A stretch of DNA of 60,117 nucleotides, counting the filler. It is 2 parts of 2 records of this genome, joined end to end, with 100 filler letters (N's around TTAATTAATTAA, not from the genome) between each part and the next. Parts side by side here need not be neighbours in the genome. Positions count along the whole stretch, not along the records: positions 1 to 28,998 come from DRR723986_13277; 1 more part is not named here. One strand, given 5' to 3'. The notes below the pieces were generated by a model. The model had not been told where the DNA came from. It saw only the letters and a program-made list of their open reading frames with translations, and did no database searches. Each line of letters begins with the position of its first letter. Position 1 is the stretch's first letter. The position numbers were made by a program, and so were the translations under genes. This document shows, in pieces, positions 1-10,511 of this stretch.

Positions 1-254
1 CAGCTCCGCGAAGCTGGAGCGAACGAAGCCACGAACCGACAGCATTATCAAGGTCATAAACTTTTCGCAACATTTCTAACTGACCTCAACGTCCCGAAAA
101 TTAACTTTTCTTAACGTTCGTCACGCACTAAAACAGACTTTCAACTGTTCATAGAGTAAAGAACTCGATTCATTGAATAGATTTCGGGTTTTGATGAAGT
201 TTTAAAATATTACTGTGACTTAGGCGTCTAAAGAGATAAGCAAGATTTACTACT

Positions 255-812
255 ATGCAATTAACACCAAAAATAACTGTTTCAGATGTCATCCTTAAAG
301 AAGGTGGCAGACTGTTCAATTTTATAAAAAAACGTGTCAAGTCAACGCTTGATGCTGAAGACATTCTGCAAGATGTATACTTTCAGTTGGCGAAAATATC
401 AAATGATGTTCAGTCAATCGAAAAAATGAGTGCCTGGTTGTTTCATATCGCTCGGAATAAAATCACAGACAATTACAGAAAAAAGAAGAATGTCAACTTC
501 TCAGAACTCGGGAGAATGACTGAAGATGAGGAATCAATCAATTTTGAAGATTTTATTTCAGACACTGAAGATCTTCAAGATGATATGATGACGAGAGAAC
601 GAGTATGGGAACAATTAGAAGAGGGATTAGATGAATTACCAGAAGAACAAAGTAGCGTTTTTAGAATGCACGAGTTTGAAGGTCTATCATTTAAAGAAAT
701 CTCTGAAAAAACGGGCGAACAAGTAAATACTTTGCTCTCTAGAAAGCGGTACGCAACCGTTTTCTTGAGAAAAAAGTTAAGCGGCTTGTATGACGAAATA
801 TTAGAAAAGTAA
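255..812 (+). CDS. ECF-type RNA polymerase sigma-70 factor
   Basis: Region 2 motif DAEDILQDVY..WLFHIARNKITDNYRKK and region 4 HTH (LSFKEISEKTGEQVNTLLSRKRYA). Confidence 0.92.
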   Translation: MQLTPKITVSDVILKEGGRLFNFIKKRVKSTLDAEDILQDVYFQLAKISNDVQSIEKMSAWLFHIARNKITDNYRKKKNVNFSELGRMTEDEESINFEDFISDTEDLQDDMMTRERVWEQLEEGLDELPEEQSSVFRMHEFEGLSFKEISEKTGEQVNTLLSRKRYATVFLRKKLSGLYDEILEK

Positions 813-816
813 AACA

Positions 817-1104
817 ATGAGAAACAAATTCAATCCATCATTTAAAGGATGGAAAATAGCAGCCTTGATGATTCCAGTTTTTATCATTGGAGCAGTATTA
901 CTAACAGGTTTTATTGTAATGATGTTGTGGAACGGAATTATGCCTGAGGTATTCGGATTAGGAATCCTATCAATATGGCAGGCAATTGGATTATTTATCC
1001 TTGCTAGATTTCTTTTTGGCCGAACAAAAGGACCGGGAAGATGGAGAAAAAGACAACATTATGCTCACTGTGTTGTGCACACAGATAGGGTTCAACACTC
1101 ATAA
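817..1104 (+). CDS. small membrane protein co-transcribed with the ECF sigma (possible anti-sigma or regulon member)
   Basis: Starts 4 nt after the sigma stop; two hydrophobic helices with a VMMLWNGIMPEVFGL..WQAIGLFILARFLFG pattern typical of proteins downstream of Bacteroidota ECFs. Confidence 0.7.
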   Translation: MRNKFNPSFKGWKIAALMIPVFIIGAVLLTGFIVMMLWNGIMPEVFGLGILSIWQAIGLFILARFLFGRTKGPGRWRKRQHYAHCVVHTDRVQHS

Positions 1105-1259
1105 AGCACAAGGGGAGTCTTCAGAAACGTCTGAAAAATGCTTCCAATCCTTCAATAGGATAAACAATGTTAAGTACAACGAATAGGGTTTACAATTAAA
1201 TTGTTGTACTTAATTTATTGAGAATTTTCATAGTAAGTAGGTTAAGTAGCATAATGTTA

Positions 1260-1297
1260 GGGCCGACTCTTGAGGAAGAGTCGGCCTGTTTTGTTTA
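1260..1297 (+). terminator. intrinsic terminator
   Basis: GGCCGACTCTT-GAGG-AAGAGTCGGCC perfect 11-bp stem followed by a T-rich tract. Confidence 0.8.
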
Positions 1298-1364
1298 TAA
1301 GATTTGAAATTATTCACCATCAGATATAAATGTCCTGCTTAATTTTGTACCTAAAATCGAGATC

Positions 1365-1958
1365 ATGAGAAAATTAGCTTATTTATTTTTACCCGCACTT
1401 TTTATTGCCTGCGGTGAAGCAGAGGAAACATCAGCAGAAATTCAAGAAGAAGTTGTAGAAACAGTTGAGGAAGAAGTAGAAGAAAAAAATGAGCGAAAAA
1501 GCCCAAGAACCACGCTTGAAGTAGAAAGCAATGGGGTTTCACTTAAAATGGTTTATGGATCTCCAAGGGTGAAAGACAGAAAAATTTGGGGAAATCTAGT
1601 GCCCTTCGGTAAAGTTTGGCGTGCTGGAGCTGATGAAACTACAGCACTTACTTTTGATCAAGATGTACTCATAAACGGAAACGAAGTGAATGCAGGAACT
1701 TATGCCTTCTTCATCATTCCAAATGAAAATGAAGATTGGGAAGTGATTCTTAACGAAGAGTGGAGCAAAGAACTGCATGATGTTTGGGGAGCTTATAACT
1801 ACAAACAAGACAAAGATATATTACGCTTCAAGGTCTCTCCATCTGAAAACTCAGACGTAGTCGAAAATTTAACCTATCAATTTGAGAACGGAGAAATGAC
1901 TTTTGAATGGGAAAACAAACGCTTCACATTCACTGTTGCACCTGCTCAGGCAGTTTAA
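1365..1958 (+). CDS. DUF2911-domain lipoprotein
   Basis: Lipobox FIAC; SPR..YGSPRVKDRKIWGNLVPFGKVWRAGADETT motif; TAATTTTG Bacteroidota promoter-like element upstream. Confidence 0.85.
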   Translation: MRKLAYLFLPALFIACGEAEETSAEIQEEVVETVEEEVEEKNERKSPRTTLEVESNGVSLKMVYGSPRVKDRKIWGNLVPFGKVWRAGADETTALTFDQDVLINGNEVNAGTYAFFIIPNENEDWEVILNEEWSKELHDVWGAYNYKQDKDILRFKVSPSENSDVVENLTYQFENGEMTFEWENKRFTFTVAPAQAV

Positions 1959-3238
1959 CTTTCTTCTTGAACTATATATGGCGTAATAGGTAACGAATCT
2001 AACCTTGCCTTGATTGGCTCAATAAACTTCAGATAATCTGGTAATATAGAATCTGGCATTGGTACTGATGGCGGAAACTTCTCAGCACGGTGATCCACTT
2101 GTTTTCCGTTTTTCCAGAATCTGTAACAGACATGTGGACCTGTGGCCAATCCTGTTGAGCCAACATAACCAATTGTTTGACCTTGCATCACATGCACACC
2201 CTTTTTAATGCCTGGGGCGAAACCTGTCATGTGTAAATATTGAGTTGCGTAAACTTCATCATGCTGAATCTTCACATAGTTGCCATTACCTCCACTGTAG
2301 GATGCTGCAATTACATAACCATCAGCTGTGGCTAAAATCGGAGTTCCTTTTGGAGCCGCATAGTCCGTACCCAAGTGCGCTTTCCATCTTTTTTGAACAG
2401 GATGAAAACGTTTCATGGTAAAACCAGAACTAATTCGCGAATACTTTACTGGTGCCATTAAAAACGGTCTTTTCATTTGTTTCCCGTTTTCATCAAAGAA
2501 TCCAACTTGGGTTCCGGATGAATCTATAGAATACCTAAAACCATAATACTCATGGCCCTGATGTTTAAACCATGCTGATGATATTTCTTCAATTCCGTAA
2601 GGTGTCCCTTCAACAGATTTTTCTTGATAGATCACTTTGAATTCATCACCGGGGTGTAATCTGAAAAAGTCAATCGTCCAAGCAAAAACCCCTGCTATAA
2701 ATTCTGCCATTTCTCCGGTCATATTGATGTCTTTCAATTGTTGATCTAAAGCAAAAGTCAGGTTCGAATTTTTAATGATTTCTCCTGAAATGAGGCGCTC
2801 ATATGTTTCATGCGGCTTTTGTCTTCTATCAACAATGGTTGAGTCTCCTGTAAAATCAAACACGATATAATCCACCACATTTTTAGGATAAACACAGTAC
2901 TTTATATTGGCAGCAGTATCGTGCATATCACATAACATTAAATAAGGTGTGCCTTCTTTGATGTATCTCAATCCAACTAATGAATCGGCTGCTTTATCAG
3001 CTGCAATATTTATCTCATACTGACTTAAGCCATATCCTTGAAACATATGACTCATGGTCCAACCTGGTTGAACAGTGTCACGAATTACCTTAAAAGAATC
3101 AACACAAAACCCGTATTCGTAAACAGGTTCAGGAATAACTTCCACTACTTCTTCAATCTGCTCTTCTGGTTCTTGTCCTGCACATGAGACAATCAAAAAC
3201 AGGGATATGATTATGAAAAAAGAAATAATGGACTTCAT
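1955..3238 (-). CDS. M23 family peptidoglycan DD-metalloendopeptidase, lipoprotein
   Basis: HLGTD (HxxxD), YLHM and STGLATGPHVCY M23 motifs; lipobox IVSC. Confidence 0.92.
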   Translation of the reverse strand: MKSIISFFIIISLFLIVSCAGQEPEEQIEEVVEVIPEPVYEYGFCVDSFKVIRDTVQPGWTMSHMFQGYGLSQYEINIAADKAADSLVGLRYIKEGTPYLMLCDMHDTAANIKYCVYPKNVVDYIVFDFTGDSTIVDRRQKPHETYERLISGEIIKNSNLTFALDQQLKDINMTGEMAEFIAGVFAWTIDFFRLHPGDEFKVIYQEKSVEGTPYGIEEISSAWFKHQGHEYYGFRYSIDSSGTQVGFFDENGKQMKRPFLMAPVKYSRISSGFTMKRFHPVQKRWKAHLGTDYAAPKGTPILATADGYVIAASYSGGNGNYVKIQHDEVYATQYLHMTGFAPGIKKGVHVMQGQTIGYVGSTGLATGPHVCYRFWKNGKQVDHRAEKFPPSVPMPDSILPDYLKFIEPIKARLDSLPITPYIVQEES

Positions 3239-3355
3239 ATTGCTGATAGGTTTTGGACAAAATTACGAAGCAATGTGCGAGATTTAAAGTTCTGCTGTTA
3301 AAGTTTATTAATAGCAGCATGTTAGCTATAATTAGATATTTTTTTAATTTCAAGC

Positions 3356-5251
3356 ATGAAGAAAATTACGTTACTCTGCTTACTACTCACGACTCTAACT
3401 TCTCAAGCTCAATTAAACAAAAAGTTTTATAAACTTTTACCCTATGAAACGGTCAAATTAGATGCAAAAAAAGAATATGATTGGGTCCCAAAAGGTGACC
3501 TTAAGTTCTACCCATCTCAAACTGTAAAAGGAGACACAACTGGTGCAAGTAATGACGGAGAATATCTATTATTTCATGATAATATCTCCAAGAAAAATGG
3601 CGAGCTGTTCAAGTTGTTCCGAATTTCTTGGGTTTCAAACTATGAATACAACTCGTTTGTAAATTGGGTAAAAGACTCCATGATTTTGGAACGTGTTTAT
3701 GCCAATACTGATCCAACAGGAAACGAAGCAATTCCTGACGAATTAATCGGAGAAATGTTGAATCATCCAGATGATTATTACGATTCAATAAATGAATACC
3801 ATATGGAGTTTGACCCCAGTCAACCCGCTATTAACAGACAGCTCTTCGCCTTATCCTGGAGAATGAAGGGTATTACAGATGGTCAAATTATCCCGTTAAT
3901 TTCTGAAATGTATCTCCCTAGTTACGAGCGGTATAATCGAACGAAAGATTGGGATGAACGACAGTTCTATTATGTGAAAAAAAATGGAGATGAAGTTATT
4001 TTTATATCACCTGACAGAGATCGCTGGGCCGAGCAATCACAATATCCTCATGACTATTATTATAACCTTGCTCATTATTATTCAATAGAAGAACCAAGTG
4101 AATATTTACCAGTTATTGGTTTACACGGAACTCAAATTCAAGCATTTTTAGATTATGAAGAAAGAAGACTTCAGAACAAACTGGATGAAAACGGCTACAA
4201 TTATGATGTTCATTTGAGTTTACCTACCGAAGATGAAATAAAGCTTGCAGATACCAACGACTGTGATTGTAAAATGGAATATATCATGGAAGAAAAAAAC
4301 ATGACAGACCATTGGAGGATTACAAATGAGGGTTATTGGGAATTTCTGTCTTGGGTGCAAGATTCGATCATTCGTGAAAACATTTACCGAAATGATGCTG
4401 ATGTAAAAAAACCAATTTCTGATGAGTTTTTGGGTGATATGTTGTCAAATCCTGATGTGTATTATGATGAAGTCAATTTATCCTGGGTTGAATTTGATCC
4501 TGCTCAACCATTTATCAATCGATCATTATTTACACTCGATTTTGACTTTAACTGGAAAAAAAAGATTGCGGCAAAGGACTATGTGCCTTTAATTAAAGAC
4601 CTATTTCTTCATCCCGAAAAACTGGATACAATAAAAGGAAAAGTTGATCATAGGGATTTTAAACCTGAGCTTTATACTTACCGCTATGAATGGCAAGACC
4701 TTGCTAGAAGGTCTCAAACTGGAGAGCTCAAGTGGAATGAAGAAAAACAACGCTATGTTGTAAATGATACTTGGAGCGGAAAAGATTTAGATATGGATAA
4801 AAAACCTTCAACTGGGGTTAGAAGCCATGCCGACCTGAGTCGTTTTCTTATTGAAGAGACAGTCAGCTTATATCCAGGTGTTAATTGCGCAATGTGCAAT
4901 CAACTTTGTGAACATAAACATGGCTCTAAATTGCCCTGGGAAGAAAAACAGAAAGTTTGTGACAAATGCCCGCCAGATTGGGATAAAAACATGAAGGAAT
5001 ATGATTTCTGGACAAATCCAGATGAATTGGTGACAGGCCTGACCTATGCGCAAGCCTTAGCTTTTTATAATTGGAAGTATCACCGACACACTTGGTGGAA
5101 CAAAACCAACACCAGGTTTCATGATGATTTAGTTCCGACACCAGAACAATATGAAAAAATTCAAAGGGGTGAAACGGTAATCGTTGAAGAGCAAAAGTTG
5201 ACCTTCCCAGATCCGTGGTTCAGGTATGTCATTCATTTTTACGAGAAATAA
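3356..5251 (+). CDS. secreted protein with two tandem degenerate GldK/FGE-sulfatase-like modules
   Basis: Signal peptide ending SQAQ; internal repeat (NYEYNSFVNWVKDSM / NEGYWEFLSWVQDSI; EFDPSQPAINRQLF / EFDPAQPFINRSLF) resembling GldK TNxEYxxFVxWVxDS. Confidence 0.6.
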   Translation: MKKITLLCLLLTTLTSQAQLNKKFYKLLPYETVKLDAKKEYDWVPKGDLKFYPSQTVKGDTTGASNDGEYLLFHDNISKKNGELFKLFRISWVSNYEYNSFVNWVKDSMILERVYANTDPTGNEAIPDELIGEMLNHPDDYYDSINEYHMEFDPSQPAINRQLFALSWRMKGITDGQIIPLISEMYLPSYERYNRTKDWDERQFYYVKKNGDEVIFISPDRDRWAEQSQYPHDYYYNLAHYYSIEEPSEYLPVIGLHGTQIQAFLDYEERRLQNKLDENGYNYDVHLSLPTEDEIKLADTNDCDCKMEYIMEEKNMTDHWRITNEGYWEFLSWVQDSIIRENIYRNDADVKKPISDEFLGDMLSNPDVYYDEVNLSWVEFDPAQPFINRSLFTLDFDFNWKKKIAAKDYVPLIKDLFLHPEKLDTIKGKVDHRDFKPELYTYRYEWQDLARRSQTGELKWNEEKQRYVVNDTWSGKDLDMDKKPSTGVRSHADLSRFLIEETVSLYPGVNCAMCNQLCEHKHGSKLPWEEKQKVCDKCPPDWDKNMKEYDFWTNPDELVTGLTYAQALAFYNWKYHRHTWWNKTNTRFHDDLVPTPEQYEKIQRGETVIVEEQKLTFPDPWFRYVIHFYEK

Positions 5252-6277
5252 CTAAACCTTATCCTTCAGCGTTTCAGTTTTCAAACCTTCGGCTAATACT
5301 TCTTCAACCCATTTTTTACCCCATTCGTTCAGTTCTTGTTCAGACCATAATTCTGGATAAAACACGCGTTTCTGAAAATAAGGTGGGAGGTATTTTTGCC
5401 AATTTGTTCCACCGGTTCCTTTTTCATCTCCTTTCGGTCCGCCCATATAATGTGCGGCAGTTCTGAAATGCACCAATGGCCAATTCACATTTACATTAAC
5501 GTCAAACTCTCGTAGCTCTTTCCTTAAAGATTGATTTTGCTGATCATTTGCGTCAAGTTGTTGGAATTTTTTCCAAATATTAACCGGTTGGTACTTATCT
5601 GCAAAATCATGAAACTCAGCTAAATATTTTGTTTCAAAATCTCTAAGTGTTAAGGTCTTTTCTCCAGTATCTTCGACTATTGCTCCACGGCGCCAATAAA
5701 TATTGTCTAATTGCTCGTGAATATCTGAATTTTGAAGTTCTTCACGTTTAGATTGATGGACTAGATATTTCAAATCAGTAGAAGCGATCTCAATGTATCG
5801 ATATGATGCCGTTTGAAAACCTGAGGCCGATAATAATGACATTCTGAATTTCGTGAATTGTTCTTTTTCCATCCCGAATCGCATGACATCAAATGATTTT
5901 ACCAATGTGTCAAAGTACATGTTAATGCGCTTCAATCTGGCAATGAAAAAGTCAACATCCAATTTATCTTTCCATCCGAGATCTTGACCTATATCTGAAA
6001 TGTTTTTACCATTGAAACAGATTTGCTCCATCTCATGAGATACCAACGAAAAGTACAATTCTGTAATTTGATGATAAACAATAAAAATTTTCTCATCTGG
6101 AAAATCAGTCTTTGGTTTTTGCAGGCTTAAAAGCGCATCCACTTCAATGTAATCCCAATAGGTGAGTGGGTTTGCAAATATTAACCCATCTAAATACGAA
6201 TCAATGTTTTGTCCAATTGAAGCATATTTATCTTTTAAGATTTGAATTTTTTTGAGTGTCTCTTCTGAAATATCCAT
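5252..6277 (-). CDS. kynA: tryptophan 2,3-dioxygenase
   Basis: TYWDYI..LLSLQ, DEKIFIVYHQITELYF, ASGFQ and KGTGGT motifs. Confidence 0.92.
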   Translation of the reverse strand: MDISEETLKKIQILKDKYASIGQNIDSYLDGLIFANPLTYWDYIEVDALLSLQKPKTDFPDEKIFIVYHQITELYFSLVSHEMEQICFNGKNISDIGQDLGWKDKLDVDFFIARLKRINMYFDTLVKSFDVMRFGMEKEQFTKFRMSLLSASGFQTASYRYIEIASTDLKYLVHQSKREELQNSDIHEQLDNIYWRRGAIVEDTGEKTLTLRDFETKYLAEFHDFADKYQPVNIWKKFQQLDANDQQNQSLRKELREFDVNVNVNWPLVHFRTAAHYMGGPKGDEKGTGGTNWQKYLPPYFQKRVFYPELWSEQELNEWGKKWVEEVLAEGLKTETLKDKV

Positions 6278-6384
6278 TCTGAAAAATTTTAAGCTAAGTT
6301 AAACAATTCAAAAATGCCCTAAACTGATTTTTATCATTCAAACCAGAAAATTAAAATTTAATTGAAATTGCTTAATTTAATCCC

Positions 6385-8238
6385 ATGAAACTACTTTTTA
6401 CCTTACTCTCACTTTCAATTATTTACATCAGCTCAGCTCAAAAAAGTCCAATTGGCTTATTGATCAACTTCGCAGATAACTGCAGCTATGAAGCGGAACA
6501 GCAATTAATATCTCAAATTGCTGACTTTGAACCTGATAAAAAAGAAATGCAATTAACCGGTTTTGGAGTTCATTTGGCTTTGTTTAATCGTGAACTCAAT
6601 GCATCCGAAATCGCAGCCATTCAAAATCAATTGGAAGAAAACGACTTAATAACCTACACCAGCCTGTTGTTTCAATCTAATGAAGGGGCGATAGCTGCTG
6701 ATCTACCTGAAATATTTATCCGTCCGAAAAAAGATTGGTTGGATGAAAACGCCAAGGATTTTATTCGTCAGAATCAATTTAATGACATCACTCCTTATTC
6801 GGGTTCAGCAAACACTTGGAAAGTAACTTACGATAAAACATTTCAAGGATCAATCAATTCTTTAATTATAGATTTAAAAGCATCTGGGGAGTTTGACTTT
6901 GTTTGCCAAAATATGCTGTATACCTTACGCGCCACAACTAATGATCCATTTTTAGGTAATCAATGGGCACTCGACAATGACGGTTCAGCTACGCAGTACA
7001 ATGGAACGATTGGCGCAGATATGGAAGTGACGGCAGCTTGGGGCATGAATACGGGCGAAAATTATATCAAAGTTGCCGTATTAGATTCAGGAACAGACAC
7101 TAATCACGTAGATTTGGTTGGTAATTTATTGCCCGGTTTTGACGGAACCGGTGGAGGGTCAAAAGGATATCCGAATACTAATTATTCGAATGACGGGCAC
7201 GGTACTTGTACCGCAGGAATAATTGCGGCAAGAGGCGACAATGCTGTTGGAATTGCCGGAGTGGCTTATGATTGCAAGGTGATACCCATCAAGATATTCT
7301 ATTACGTCAACATTGGTGCTGGGGTACAACCATTCACCACTTCTTCTGCTGGAACGGATGGCATCATTTGGGCTGTAGATACTGCCAAAGCAGATATTTT
7401 AAGTAATTCTTGGGGATTACGCGACTCTGATATTGCCACTTTGGGAATTGATACGAGCATGGGAAATTCAGTTATCTCACAAAAAATTGCTTCGGGTAGA
7501 TATGGTAAAGGAGTTCCCATGCTGTTTTCTTCAGGAAATGAAGGAGATCCATTTTCAATTTGGCCTGCCTCACATCCGCAAACGATATCAGTAGGAGCGT
7601 CTACCATGTGTGACGAATTAAAAACGCCTACCGACTGTTCGCCAGAAAATTGGTGGGGATCAAACCACGGAACAGCATTGGATGTTACCGCACCAGGAGT
7701 TAAAGTACTGGCAACAGATATGACAGGTACATTAGGATATAATGGATTCAGTGACAATGACTATACAGAATTTAACGGAACCTCTGCGGCTTGCCCTAAT
7801 GCAGCTGGAGTGATGGCTTTAATCTTATCAGAAGATTCTACGCTAACAGAGCTTGAAGCGAGAGAAATACTTTCAAAAACAGCAGAGCAAGTGGGGGGAT
7901 ATCTTTATGACCAGGCTATGGATTTTGGTTGGTGGTCAGATGAAATGGGATATGGGCGCGTTAACGCCTTGAAAGCTTTACAATATATGAACAGCACGGC
8001 ATCTATTGAAGAAGAAAATGCCTTACGCATCTTCTATGAAAATGGAAGACCGATTTTGCTGAATAACGAGTTGAAGACTTTTGAAGTTTATGATACTCGC
8101 GGAGCTTTAGTTACTGCATTTGAATCTGATTTAAATGAAATCTATTTAGACCAATTTGTACCTACTGGCGGATTGTATTTGCTGAAAACCGCTGGGCAAT
8201 CAAATCAACCTGTGGGCATTCGATTCTTGATAGAGTAA
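6385..8238 (+). CDS. S8 subtilisin-like serine peptidase with C-terminal T9SS-type sorting domain
   Basis: Catalytic VLDSG, HGT, SSGN, GTSAACP; signal peptide; C-terminal YDTRG..GLYLLK. Confidence 0.92.
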   Translation: MKLLFTLLSLSIIYISSAQKSPIGLLINFADNCSYEAEQQLISQIADFEPDKKEMQLTGFGVHLALFNRELNASEIAAIQNQLEENDLITYTSLLFQSNEGAIAADLPEIFIRPKKDWLDENAKDFIRQNQFNDITPYSGSANTWKVTYDKTFQGSINSLIIDLKASGEFDFVCQNMLYTLRATTNDPFLGNQWALDNDGSATQYNGTIGADMEVTAAWGMNTGENYIKVAVLDSGTDTNHVDLVGNLLPGFDGTGGGSKGYPNTNYSNDGHGTCTAGIIAARGDNAVGIAGVAYDCKVIPIKIFYYVNIGAGVQPFTTSSAGTDGIIWAVDTAKADILSNSWGLRDSDIATLGIDTSMGNSVISQKIASGRYGKGVPMLFSSGNEGDPFSIWPASHPQTISVGASTMCDELKTPTDCSPENWWGSNHGTALDVTAPGVKVLATDMTGTLGYNGFSDNDYTEFNGTSAACPNAAGVMALILSEDSTLTELEAREILSKTAEQVGGYLYDQAMDFGWWSDEMGYGRVNALKALQYMNSTASIEEENALRIFYENGRPILLNNELKTFEVYDTRGALVTAFESDLNEIYLDQFVPTGGLYLLKTAGQSNQPVGIRFLIE

Positions 8239-8250
8239 GCGTAAAAATAA

Positions 8251-8283
8251 AATCCTGACGCGATCAGAGATCGGGTCAGGATT
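8251..8283 (-). terminator. intrinsic terminator between convergent genes (likely bidirectional)
   Basis: AATCCTGAC-g-CGATC-aga-GATCG-g-GTCAGGATT hairpin with an A-run on the left (U-tract on the minus strand). Confidence 0.65.
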
Positions 8284-8343
8284 AATCCCTCAATTAAAGC
8301 TGAGGAAACTACTAAACCATACTTGTTAAGGCTTAGCCTATTT

Positions 8344-9168
8344 TTATTGAACACTAGCCATAGGATTGGCTAGGTTTTCCCATCTTACTAAGTGCATTTT
8401 TACAGATCCCATTTGAATCTTTGCTTTGGCCATGATTGGAATTTTATTGCCATCAGCTGTAATCCAGACCGTTAAGGCATCATCATCTTTGAATACTCGT
8501 CCTTGCTCAACTACTGGCTCAAATTTGTGACATCTAAATTTTCCTTTTCTGGTACGAATTACCTCTTTACCTAAATACTTGATTTTGGTCGGGAAGATTT
8601 CATCATCCAAAAAGATATCTACTGAAAACGTATCTCCCTTTTTCGCATTGTCGTAATCTATTGTTCTCGCGTAATAAAATGAAGAAATCATATCCTGCAC
8701 CATGTTCGGTACGTCAAAGGTTTTTCCCTTTTCATTTTCTACTTTATTCTTGTGCTGATAGAAAGTATAGTCTTGATTGATTTTGAATCCCCCTTCGTCA
8801 ACACGTCTTTTGAACACCCATGGAATCATTGCTTTAGCGTCCATATAAGATTCATAAACATCATTTACTTTATAGAACCATTCAAAAGCCGAAATCGTTT
8901 TTCCTACTCCTCTAACTCTAATAAGCTCTCTTCCTTTTACCGTTTTCTTCGTATTTAAAACACTCAAGGTTGCTTCACCAGCATCCCAAACGCCATATGA
9001 AAGTCTGTATACCAGTTTTTCTCCTGGTTTAAACGCTTTTTGATTTAAATTAATAAATCCGTCTGCATCTACCGTATAAGCTGCATCATTTGATGTGGTT
9101 TTGATCGGGTCTGCGTTTGCTATGCCTGCAAAGCCGAAAGCCAAAATGGCGAAAACTAACTTTTGCAT
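8344..9168 (-). CDS. DUF3108-domain exported protein
   Basis: Signal peptide; AFKPGEKLVYRLSYG..AG, WFYKVNDVYESY, QDMISSFYYAR, WITADGNKIP pattern. Confidence 0.85.
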   Translation of the reverse strand: MQKLVFAILAFGFAGIANADPIKTTSNDAAYTVDADGFINLNQKAFKPGEKLVYRLSYGVWDAGEATLSVLNTKKTVKGRELIRVRGVGKTISAFEWFYKVNDVYESYMDAKAMIPWVFKRRVDEGGFKINQDYTFYQHKNKVENEKGKTFDVPNMVQDMISSFYYARTIDYDNAKKGDTFSVDIFLDDEIFPTKIKYLGKEVIRTRKGKFRCHKFEPVVEQGRVFKDDDALTVWITADGNKIPIMAKAKIQMGSVKMHLVRWENLANPMASVQ

Positions 9169-9470
9169 AATTAATTGTTTTATGGTTTATAATCCGAATA
9201 AATCAAATTCAATGCCAAAGGTGAAAAACTGTACGCTAATTGCTCTATCACAATCAACTTTGACCCTTTTAAACGACATTATCTTTTTTTTAAATAACGA
9301 ACATCATTCAATTAAAATTTAACAATATGGATGTGGTAAAATAGCTTTAAACACAAATGGCTCAACGAGAGAGCCATTTAAGTAAGAATCTCTACTAAAA
9401 ATTTGCTTTAACAGAGAATACTCCGTATATTTAAAACAGAGTAAGTAGTTTTTTTCATTTCAAAAGTTGA

Positions 9471-9501
9471 TGAGCTATCCGCCTTAGGTGGATGGCTCAT
9501 T
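9471..9501 (-). terminator. intrinsic terminator downstream of the GT9 gene
   Basis: ATGAGCTATCCGCC-TTA-GGTGGATGGCTCAT long stem 17 nt beyond the stop codon. Confidence 0.65.
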
Positions 9502-9518
9502 GCTTTTTAAAGCAATCT

Positions 9519-10511
9519 CTAATCAACAGATTCAATTGCTTTCTTAACTAAACGGACATCTATTTTTAAAGGTTGGGTCTCTTCAGAAATTTTTTCAGAT
9601 GCAATGATAGACACTTGATTTCCAAGTGGTTGCCAACGCCCAGAATGTATTGGTCTTTTTTCTTGAAATAGTCCGATTGCATGAATTCCAGTAACACCCG
9701 CAATGTGAAGTGGACCAGTACTTGCGGCAACTAAACAATCACAAGCTGCTATAAAAGCGATTAATTCATCTAATGTCATTTGACCAGACAAATCAATAAT
9801 GTTCTCTTGATTTGGGATTTGTGACCTAAAAAATTCGGCCTCTTTTTCGGTTCCAGTGATAAAAATCTTGTAATTGTTGGAATCTAACGAGGTGGCTAAT
9901 TCCATAAAATTAGTCACTCCCCATTCTACTGCACTGCCTTGAGATTTAGGATGCATTATCACATTCTTTATTGCAGGATCAATCAAGTTAGCCAATGTTT
10001 TTGGCAATGCAGGGATTTTAGAAAAGCCCAAAAACTTTGTTAACTCAGCAAGGCTATATTCCTTTCTTATTCCAAATGGGCTCAGCAATTTTGTGTTCAA
10101 CTGCGCTTCGTGCAAATCTGATCGTTTACGCGTAAAGTTCAATAAATGATTGCAGCTAATGAGGTGAAAAGCCCTATGAGCTGTCCCAATTCTATGTTGG
10201 ATGTTTGCTTTCTTTGCTAAACGTGCAATCTCCTTTCGAGGGAAAACATGAATAAATGTGTCTACATTCTGCTGCATTAACCATTCAAGCTGATCATTGT
10301 AATCCCAACGTGTCATAACAGCCCATTCCCACACCTCATCCACATGTTCAGAACATTCAATAATTGGCTTCGTGTAGGTATTTCCTAGAAAAACAATTGT
10401 TACTCCGGGGTATTTCTTTTTCAGGATACCTGCTAAAGGCAAGGTCAACACTACATCACCTATACTATCGGTCCGTGAAATCACTATTTTTTTAGGGTTG
10501 AGCTTAGCCAT
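9519..10511 (-). CDS. glycosyltransferase family 9 (heptosyltransferase-like)
   Basis: RTDSIGDVVLTLP N-terminal motif; STGPLHIA. Confidence 0.9.
   Translation of the reverse strand: MAKLNPKKIVISRTDSIGDVVLTLPLAGILKKKYPGVTIVFLGNTYTKPIIECSEHVDEVWEWAVMTRWDYNDQLEWLMQQNVDTFIHVFPRKEIARLAKKANIQHRIGTAHRAFHLISCNHLLNFTRKRSDLHEAQLNTKLLSPFGIRKEYSLAELTKFLGFSKIPALPKTLANLIDPAIKNVIMHPKSQGSAVEWGVTNFMELATSLDSNNYKIFITGTEKEAEFFRSQIPNQENIIDLSGQMTLDELIAFIAACDCLVAASTGPLHIAGVTGIHAIGLFQEKRPIHSGRWQPLGNQVSIIASEKISEETQPLKIDVRLVKKAIESVD

Noticed and set aside
1-21. Hairpin CAGCTCCGCGAAGCTGGAGCG at the contig A start (possible REP-like repeat)
   Set aside because: Truncated at the edge and single copy in the window; cannot be supported
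817-1186. Frameshift joining ORF 817..1104 with ORF 986..1186
   Set aside because: No slippery site or clear homology evidence; the 95-aa ORF is self-consistent
4885-4975. c-type heme-binding site in the GldK-like protein
   Set aside because: No exact CxxCH motif (CAMCN, CEHKH, CDKCP)
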